A stretch of 26,097 nucleotides of DNA from a virus (Duplodnaviria; Heunggongvirae; Uroviricota; Caudoviricetes), in IMG/VR virus record IMGVR_UViG_3300044535_000502, one strand, 5' to 3'. The notes beneath the pieces are model-generated. The model was given only the letters and a program-made list of their open reading frames with translations, was not told where the DNA came from and ran no database searches. Both the position numbers and the translations under genes were made by a program. Numbering within the stretch: the stretch's first letter is position 1; the number at the start of each line of letters is the position of its first letter. Of the stretch, positions 1-6,332 are shown in pieces.

Positions 1-29
1 CATCAGTGGACAAACAGTAAGGATTTATT

Positions 30-947
30 ATGAAGAAAAAATACTATTTTATGGCAGGTTTGCCACGTAGCGGCAGCACAATGCTATCGGCTATCCTAAA
101 CCAAAATCCAAGATTCTACTCTGGTCCTAGTTCGCCGGTGGTTTCTACCATGTTAACTTTGGAACAATCACTGAGCCAAGATGAACTGTTTCTTGCATAT
201 CCAAAGATGGAATTTGGTAAGAATCTAGTTACATCAGTCATTGATCAATACTATGCAGATACAGACAAGCCAGTGGTATTTGAAAAGAATCGCAGTTGGG
301 TAAACAGAATGGATTATATTCAAGGATACTTTGGTATTGAACATCCAAAGATCATCTATCCGGTGCGTGATGTAGCTGAGATTCTAGCATCATTCATCTC
401 AATGATTAAACGCAACCCACACATCGTCAACGACAGGTTAAACTTCATCGACCAATCGCTTGTGCAGCAAGGCATTCCATTGACTGATGAAAATCGTTGC
501 CGCGCTATTGCTGGTCCAGGCATTCTTGGTCAATCGTTTGATGGACTAAAGAAAGCTCTTTCTGAGGGATATAGAACAAGTATTCACTTTGTTGAGTACA
601 AGGATCTTGTAAGTAATCCAAAAGAAACTATGAGACAGATATATAAGTTTCTAGGAGAATCAGAATACAATCATGATTTTAAGAACCTGATAAACCAGCA
701 TCAAGAAGATGATGCTAAAATTTATGGATTCACTGACATGCACGAGGTCCGCAAAGAATTGAAGTCAACTGCTCAAATGCCCGAAGATGTATTACCAAAA
801 GTTATTTTGGATGCAGTTGTTGGTGCGGAGTTTTGGCGAGAACTTGATGATGTGCCATTAACAAACGAAACGGTTGATGATAAGCCAGAAAAGAAGACTA
901 GCTTCTTTGGCGAAGTAATAGACCAAGAAGACACAAGATTTATTTAA
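30..947 (+). CDS. PAPS-dependent sulfotransferase family protein (305 aa)
   Basis: N-terminal 5'-phosphosulfate-binding loop FMAGLPRSGSTMLSAILNQNP; internal EKNRSW; 3'-phosphate-binding motif IIYPVRDVAEILASF; 'VEYKDLVSNPKETMRQIYKFLG' segment typical of the family; AAGGA RBS upstream. Confidence 0.85.
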   Translation: MKKKYYFMAGLPRSGSTMLSAILNQNPRFYSGPSSPVVSTMLTLEQSLSQDELFLAYPKMEFGKNLVTSVIDQYYADTDKPVVFEKNRSWVNRMDYIQGYFGIEHPKIIYPVRDVAEILASFISMIKRNPHIVNDRLNFIDQSLVQQGIPLTDENRCRAIAGPGILGQSFDGLKKALSEGYRTSIHFVEYKDLVSNPKETMRQIYKFLGESEYNHDFKNLINQHQEDDAKIYGFTDMHEVRKELKSTAQMPEDVLPKVILDAVVGAEFWRELDDVPLTNETVDDKPEKKTSFFGEVIDQEDTRFI

Positions 948-959
948 GGAGATTCTATC

Positions 960-1241
960 ATGGAAGAACGAGTAAGAACATTAGACGATATCAAGGGAAC
1001 CATCAAAGCTGCACGGGACAGTGTGTGGGTTATTGGTGATGAGATTGCAAAATTGGCTGCTGGATCACAGGCAAACAATGAAAGAAAAGGCAATATTGAA
1101 CGCAACGTTGCGCATCTGAAAATTGTTGTTTCTGATCAAGCAATTGTTGATTCAGGAGAAGATATCACGGATCTACTAGCAGCTATTACAACAGGCGAAG
1201 CAAAACTAGCCGAAAACATTTGGATAACACAAGGAGAATAA
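960..1241 (+). CDS. Hypothetical protein (93 aa), predicted helical
   Basis: ORF with AGGAG RBS, tightly packed between neighbours, with phage-like codon usage; no catalytic motif recognised. Confidence 0.8.
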   Translation: MEERVRTLDDIKGTIKAARDSVWVIGDEIAKLAAGSQANNERKGNIERNVAHLKIVVSDQAIVDSGEDITDLLAAITTGEAKLAENIWITQGE

Positions 1242-1242
1242 A

Positions 1243-1413
1243 ATGGAAATTACATTGAAACTATCATTAGAACAAGTCAACGGTATCATCTATGCATTGG
1301 GTGAACTACCAGTTAAAACAGGTGCAGCGCAATTGGTCAGCTTGATCCATGAACAAGTTCAACCACAAGTGCCAGAACAGCCAGCAGAACAAACAGAACA
1401 AGCCGCAGAGTAA
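1243..1413 (+). CDS. Small hypothetical protein (56 aa, MEITLKLSLEQVNGIIYALGELPVKTGAAQLVSLIHEQVQPQVPEQPAEQTEQAAE); absent from the ORF track
   Basis: Translated by hand: AGGAG at 1232-1236, ATG at 1243, TAA at 1411-1413. It fills the gap between 1241 and the next RBS. Confidence 0.8.
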   Translation: MEITLKLSLEQVNGIIYALGELPVKTGAAQLVSLIHEQVQPQVPEQPAEQTEQAAE

Positions 1414-1429
1414 TCTAACGGAGTATATT

Positions 1430-2224
1430 ATGCAGAAAATTCTTATTATGGGTCTACCAGGTGCCGGGAAGACTTATCTAGCTCAACACATTTTGGATCA
1501 TTTACAAGCTGATAGAAAACGTGTTGGCTGGTTGAATGCGGATGATGTACGAAAAAAGTTCAACGATTGGGACTTTAGTCATGAGGGTCGTATTCGCCAA
1601 AGTAAACGAATGGCAGAACTTGCTGAGACTCAATATGGTGACATGGATTTTGTAATTTGTGATTTCGTTGCTCCTCTTCAGGAAATGCGAAATAACTTCA
1701 AAGCAGACTGGACAGTATGGGTAGATACCATTGATAAAGGTCGCTTTGAAGACACCAATAAGATTTTCACTCCACCAGAAGTTTACGACTTCAGGATTAC
1801 CGAACAGCATGGTGAAAAATGGGGTGAGTTTATTGCGGCTCATATTCTGGATAATAGACGCAGACCCACATTTGATTGGCAAAAAGAGACTGTTCAGATG
1901 CTAGGAAGATGGCAGCCATGGCACCAAGGTCACAGAGCTTTGTTTGAGAGAGCTATCAGCAAGACTGGCCAGGTTGTCATACAAATCCGAGACTGTCAAG
2001 GCTGGCAAGGATCAAATCCATTTGCCATTGAACAAGTCAAAAGCTATATTAAACGCGATCTTGACACTCTATATCAAGGACAATATGAAATTCAGGTTGT
2101 TCCTAACATCGTGAACATTACCTATGGGCGAGATGTTGGATATAAGATTGAGCAGGAAGTATTTGATGACGCGACACATGCAATAAGTGCTACAAAGATC
2201 AGAAAGTCTATGGGAATCAAGTGA
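1430..2224 (+). CDS. Fusion of an adenylylsulfate (APS) kinase-like P-loop domain and a C-terminal HxGH nucleotidyltransferase domain (264 aa)
   Basis: Walker A GLPGAGKT (1451-1474); LNADDVRK and DFSHEGRIRQ resemble CysC 'LDGDxxR' and 'GFSxxDRxENIRR'. The C-terminal domain has GRWQPWHQGH (1904-1933), NPF and ISATKIR. Start moved from 1349 to ATG 1430 (GGAG RBS at 1420-1423; the upstream extension overlaps the 56-aa gene). Confidence 0.75.
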   Translation: MQKILIMGLPGAGKTYLAQHILDHLQADRKRVGWLNADDVRKKFNDWDFSHEGRIRQSKRMAELAETQYGDMDFVICDFVAPLQEMRNNFKADWTVWVDTIDKGRFEDTNKIFTPPEVYDFRITEQHGEKWGEFIAAHILDNRRRPTFDWQKETVQMLGRWQPWHQGHRALFERAISKTGQVVIQIRDCQGWQGSNPFAIEQVKSYIKRDLDTLYQGQYEIQVVPNIVNITYGRDVGYKIEQEVFDDATHAISATKIRKSMGIK

Positions 2225-2248
2225 TATCCTAGCGGTTGATTTTTGATA

Positions 2249-2256
2249 TATAAGTA
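2249..2256 (+). promoter_or_regulatory. Possible T4-type late promoter variant TATAAGTA upstream of the lipoprotein gene
   Basis: One mismatch to TATAAATA; intergenic, about 25 nt before the ATG at 2282. Confidence 0.4.
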
Positions 2257-2281
2257 CATATACCCTTACCAGGAGCTTAAA

Positions 2282-3001
2282 ATGAAACGATTTTTATCCA
2301 TAGCGGCTTTATTGTCTGTAGCACTTCTTACTGGATGTGCTAGCCAAGATTATAAGATGTACGCAGACGCCCAAAGAGCCATTGCATCAGCAAATGCAAC
2401 CGCAGAAAGTGCAAAATATGCGGCTCTTGCTGAGATTGCAAGAACAGGTGATGCTACAGCTAAGGTAGCGGCTGTTATGAGCATCAACTTTGCTGCCTCA
2501 AACAACACCCGCAATCAACAACAACAAATCTTGCCACCAAAATCTGCTGGTGATATTGCACTGCAATGGACTTCATTGCTGTTGCCTAACTTGACACAGT
2601 TCTATTCAATCAATGCGAACCGTCAAGTTGCTATCACACAAAGCAATAACGCAACTGCATTGGGTATCAAACAGAGTGATAACCAAGTGGCTACAACCAC
2701 TAACACAAACAACACGTTTGCAAACATTGCAGGTGCTGGTCTAACAGCAGTTACTACAACAGCAGGTGCTGGGCTGGCAGCCACAGTTGATGTTGCTAAA
2801 GCTGGTTTAACCGCAACCACAACAGTCAGTGGTCAAGGAAGTGCAGCTTCAGCTAGTATTTCAAAAGATGCGAGTGATTCTATCAAAGCTATTGCCGATG
2901 CCATGGAAAACATTCAGCCTAATGTGACAACCACAAACTCAAACAATACGTCTTATTCATGTCCTGCTGGCCAAACGCTTGTCGCTGGCAGTTGCGTATA
3001 A
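2282..3001 (+). CDS. Predicted lipoprotein (239 aa), Ala/Thr-rich
   Basis: MKRFLSIAALLSVALLTG|C: basic N-terminus, hydrophobic core and lipobox with Cys19 at 2336-2338. AGGAG RBS at 2271-2275 supports ATG 2282 over TTG 2243. Confidence 0.8.
   Translation: MKRFLSIAALLSVALLTGCASQDYKMYADAQRAIASANATAESAKYAALAEIARTGDATAKVAAVMSINFAASNNTRNQQQQILPPKSAGDIALQWTSLLLPNLTQFYSINANRQVAITQSNNATALGIKQSDNQVATTTNTNNTFANIAGAGLTAVTTTAGAGLAATVDVAKAGLTATTTVSGQGSAASASISKDASDSIKAIADAMENIQPNVTTTNSNNTSYSCPAGQTLVAGSCV
2729..2827 (+). repeat. Degenerate 33-nt (11-aa) tandem repeat within the lipoprotein
   Basis: gcaggtgctggt at 2729, gcaggtgctggg at 2762 and gctaaagctggt at 2795, giving AGAGLTAVTTT / AGAGLAATVDV / AKAGLTATTTV. 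Confidence 0.7.
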
Positions 3002-3023
3002 TTTAACTTCAATTGACAATATC

Positions 3024-3046
3024 ACGCCCCTTTAATGGGGCGTTTT
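3024..3046 (+). terminator. Rho-independent terminator after the lipoprotein gene
   Basis: Stem ACGCCCC (3024-3030) / GGGGCGT (3037-3043), 6-nt loop, followed by a T run. Confidence 0.75.
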
Positions 3047-3051
3047 ACCTT

Positions 3052-3059
3052 TATAAATA
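3052..3059 (+). promoter_or_regulatory. T4-type late promoter TATAAATA (gp13)
   Basis: Exact gp55-dependent consensus, 25 nt upstream of the gp13 ATG. Confidence 0.85.
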
Positions 3060-3083
3060 GGTAATAACGATTGGATAAAACAC

Positions 3084-4037
3084 ATGGCAACTCCTAGAAC
3101 AAGATCAGAATTCAAAGAATACTGCTTACGCAGACTTGGACATCCGGTCATTCAAATAAACGTAGATGAAGATCAGCTGGATGATCGTGTTGATGATGCA
3201 TTGGCATTCTACCATGACTATCATTATGATGGTATGGAACAGATGTATTTGAAATATCAAATCACTCAGGAAGATATGGACAGGAGATACATATTCTGTC
3301 CTGATGCAGTCAATTTTGTTACTGGCATTTTACCATTTGACCAGTCAAACTCCTCAGTCAACATGTTTGACTTGAGATACCAACTGAGATTGCATGACCT
3401 TTATGACTTCACATCGGTATCGTATGTTTCATATGAAATAACGATGCAACACATCCGAACATTGAATCTGTTGTTCTCAGGAACACCACAAGTCAGATTC
3501 AATAGGAAGATGAATAGATTGTATCTTGATATTGATTGGACAAGAGATGTTTCTGTTGGAAGCTGGGTCATCGTTGAGTGCTATCGCAGAATAGAACCAG
3601 ATTCCAGAATATCCACAGGCACAGTATCCGTTACTGCCACATCCAACACCGTAATTGGAACAGGCACATCTTTCAATAGTGAGTTGTCTGTCGATGATGA
3701 AATTATCATCAATGGTGAATTCAAGAAAATTGTCTCGATTGCAGGACCAGCATCACTAAACGTGACTCCGCAGTTTGCATCTACAACAACAGGTGCCACA
3801 CTGACACGCCCAGGTTTCTCAGACGTATGGAACGATAGATTCCTGAAGCAATACGCAACAGCAAAGATCAAATATCAGTGGGGAAGCAATCTCAGTAAAT
3901 TCGCAGGTATTCAAATGCCCGGTGGTGTTACACTTGATGGTGTCAGAATAATGCAAGAGGCGGCTGAAGAGATGAAAGAATTAGAAGATGGTTTGATAAG
4001 CACAAACGTACTTCCTGGCGAGATAATGATGGGCTAA
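3084..4037 (+). CDS. gp13: Neck protein gp13 (317 aa)
   Basis: N-terminal 'EFKEYCLRRLGHPVIQINVDEDQLDDRVDDAL' and C-terminal 'WNDRFLKQYATAKIKYQWGSNLSKFAGIQMPGGVTLDG' are typical T4-like gp13; first gene of the neck-terminase-tail cluster. Confidence 0.9.
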   Translation: MATPRTRSEFKEYCLRRLGHPVIQINVDEDQLDDRVDDALAFYHDYHYDGMEQMYLKYQITQEDMDRRYIFCPDAVNFVTGILPFDQSNSSVNMFDLRYQLRLHDLYDFTSVSYVSYEITMQHIRTLNLLFSGTPQVRFNRKMNRLYLDIDWTRDVSVGSWVIVECYRRIEPDSRISTGTVSVTATSNTVIGTGTSFNSELSVDDEIIINGEFKKIVSIAGPASLNVTPQFASTTTGATLTRPGFSDVWNDRFLKQYATAKIKYQWGSNLSKFAGIQMPGGVTLDGVRIMQEAAEEMKELEDGLISTNVLPGEIMMG

Positions 4038-4042
4038 AATAG

Positions 4043-4948
4043 ATGTCCACGAATTTCTATTTCAACAATTTTCCTCAGCACCAAATAACAAGTGAGCAAT
4101 TACTTGTAGAAGATTTGGTGATTGAGGCCATGCAAATCAATGGCATGGATGTATACTATCTTCCTCGCACAAGCCGTGATGAAGTTGATATGCTTTATGG
4201 TGAAGACACCCTGAAACAATATCGCACCGCACATGCTATTGAAATGTACATGGAAAACGTCACCGGTATGGATGGCGAAGGCGACTTCATTTCTAAATTT
4301 GGACTTGAGATTCGTGATGAGGTAACTCTATTAGTTTCAAGACGTAGATTTGCAATGACTGCAAACTTACCTAGAGCGCGAGAAGGCGACCTGATCTATA
4401 TTCCTCTGGTGCAGAACTTCTTTGAAATTACGTTCGTTGAGAACGAAAACGATCAAGCTATGTTCTATACACTAGGTAGAGGGCGTGGCGGAAACGTATA
4501 CGTGTATGCACTGAAGATGAAACAATTTGTGTTCAGTGAAGAAATCATATCTACAGGCGTAGAAGAGATTGACACCCAAGCATTTGCAGAATATAAGAGA
4601 ACAGATATTGCGTTGGCCAACACCACTGTTTATCCAGCTGGTTCAGGTTCTTTTGTTCCTGGCGAAGTCATATACCAAGGCAGTTCAGTTGCAACTGCTA
4701 ATGCGCAAGCTGTCGTTTACTCTTACACACCACACTCAACAATTACTGTCATTCGTGTGCAGGGAACATTTGGTTCAGGAACAGTACGTGGTGAAACCAG
4801 TAACGCAAATAGAAGTGCTATTGCGACAAACACAGATACTCAAGTCGGAAATAATGTTTTCGAGGATATAAACGATAACTTGAGGATACAGTCTGAAGCA
4901 GACGGTATTATTGACTTCACAGAACGTAACCCATTTGGTGAATTTTGA
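4043..4948 (+). CDS. gp14: Neck protein gp14 (301 aa)
   Basis: 'EQLLVEDLVIEAMQINGMDVYYLPR', 'SKFGLEIRDEVTLLVSRRRF', 'REGDLIYIP' and terminal 'IIDFTERNPFGEF'; synteny after gp13. Confidence 0.9.
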   Translation: MSTNFYFNNFPQHQITSEQLLVEDLVIEAMQINGMDVYYLPRTSRDEVDMLYGEDTLKQYRTAHAIEMYMENVTGMDGEGDFISKFGLEIRDEVTLLVSRRRFAMTANLPRAREGDLIYIPLVQNFFEITFVENENDQAMFYTLGRGRGGNVYVYALKMKQFVFSEEIISTGVEEIDTQAFAEYKRTDIALANTTVYPAGSGSFVPGEVIYQGSSVATANAQAVVYSYTPHSTITVIRVQGTFGSGTVRGETSNANRSAIATNTDTQVGNNVFEDINDNLRIQSEADGIIDFTERNPFGEF

Positions 4949-5952
4949 TGCTAAAGAACGATCACTTCTACAATAGAACAATAAGAAAGATGGTTGTCGC
5001 ATTCGGCACACTTTTCAATGACCTCATACTCGTTAGATACAGTACATCGGGTGACCAGGAGTTTGAGCGAATGAGAGTACCACTGTCATTCGGAGCTAAA
5101 GAGAAATATCTAACACGACTGACAAGCGATCCAAATCTAACAAAGTCGATCAATACATATGTGCCTAGGATATCTTTTGATTTGGTAGGATTGACCTATG
5201 ATTCCAGCAGAAAAGTTAACACACTGAATAGAAACTTTGCTGTTGATTCTGCCACAGGTAAATACTCTGCACAACATGCACCAGTGCCATACAATTTCGA
5301 ATTTGATCTGAACATCTATGTCAGAAATCAAGAGGATGGCACACAAATTCTTGAGCAGATTTTACCACTATTTACTCCAGACTTCACGATTACAGTAGAC
5401 TTAATACCAACCCTAGGTAGAAAATATGATATTCCTATCATGTTGAATTCTGTGACACCACAGATAGACTATGAAGGAGACATGTCCACAACTCGTTTGA
5501 TCATTTGGAACTTAACGTTCACAGTTAAGGGCTATATATTTCCAGCAACATCAATTATTGGTGGGCTAATTCGACAAGCAAATACAAACATCTTTGTTGA
5601 CAGCAGATTATCGAGTGATCCACAGAGAGTTTATGTTGACATGGCATCAGGTAATGGTGTCTACACAACAGGTGAAACAATTCGCACAGTCGGATCAGGT
5701 AAAACAGGATCAGTCGCATACTTTGCAAACAATAGTTTAGGCACATTGGTTGTATCTGACATGTCTACACCCCTGCAAGAAAATGATACCGTTGTTGGAG
5801 ACTACTCAAATGCAACGTACACAATCGACACTGTAGATTTGAATCCTATCAAGACAGTTTCAATTGTGGTAAAACCAAATCCACCAACAGCCAATGCAGA
5901 CGATGATTATGGTTTCACAACAACAATAACTGAATTTCCAAACACATTATGA
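4948..5952 (+). CDS. gp15: Tail sheath stabiliser / tail terminator gp15 (334 aa)
   Basis: 'HFYNRTIRKMVVAFGTLFNDL', 'VPLSFGAKEKYLTRL', 'PVPYNFEFDLNIYVRNQEDGTQILEQILPLFTPDF' and terminal 'ADDDYGFTTTITEF'. ATG at 4948 overlaps the gp14 TGA (TGATG). Confidence 0.9.
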   Translation: MLKNDHFYNRTIRKMVVAFGTLFNDLILVRYSTSGDQEFERMRVPLSFGAKEKYLTRLTSDPNLTKSINTYVPRISFDLVGLTYDSSRKVNTLNRNFAVDSATGKYSAQHAPVPYNFEFDLNIYVRNQEDGTQILEQILPLFTPDFTITVDLIPTLGRKYDIPIMLNSVTPQIDYEGDMSTTRLIIWNLTFTVKGYIFPATSIIGGLIRQANTNIFVDSRLSSDPQRVYVDMASGNGVYTTGETIRTVGSGKTGSVAYFANNSLGTLVVSDMSTPLQENDTVVGDYSNATYTIDTVDLNPIKTVSIVVKPNPPTANADDDYGFTTTITEFPNTL

Positions 5953-6332
5953 AAACAGATAAATCATTAGCAGATATCTTTGATATTAATCCTATAGGAA
6001 CACAAAGCCTTCCTGCACCCATTATTGTTCAGAGTGATATTGATTCTGATTTTGAGTTTGCTAGAAAAAATATTCGTGAACTCGCTGAGAAGGGCAAAGT
6101 TGCAGTAGATAACATACTACAAGTTGCATCAGCAACTGATCACCCAAGAGCATATGAGGTCGCAGCAAACTTATTAAAGAGTATGGCCGATATCAACAAA
6201 GACTTGATTGAGTTGCAAAAGAAGAAGCGTGATCTGACGCCACAAAAAGACCAGCCACAAATTACAGTGGATAAAGCTGTGTTTGTTGGTTCAACTTCAG
6301 ACTTGATCAAACAAATAAAGCAGATTAACTAA
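5949..6332 (+). CDS. gp16: Terminase small subunit gp16 (127 aa)
   Basis: 'DSDFEFARKNIRELAEKG', 'HPRAYEVAANLLK' and 'AVFVGSTSDL'; directly upstream of the large terminase. Confidence 0.85.
   Translation: MKTDKSLADIFDINPIGTQSLPAPIIVQSDIDSDFEFARKNIRELAEKGKVAVDNILQVASATDHPRAYEVAANLLKSMADINKDLIELQKKKRDLTPQKDQPQITVDKAVFVGSTSDLIKQIKQIN

Noticed and set aside
1349-1429. N/Q/K-rich N-terminal extension of the kinase ORF in the track
   Set aside because: It is an alternative frame of the 56-aa gene; the RBS supports ATG 1430.
3013-3036. TTGACA at 3013-3018 as a -35 element
   Set aside because: No -10 hexamer at 16-18 nt spacing; the position falls in the terminator stem.
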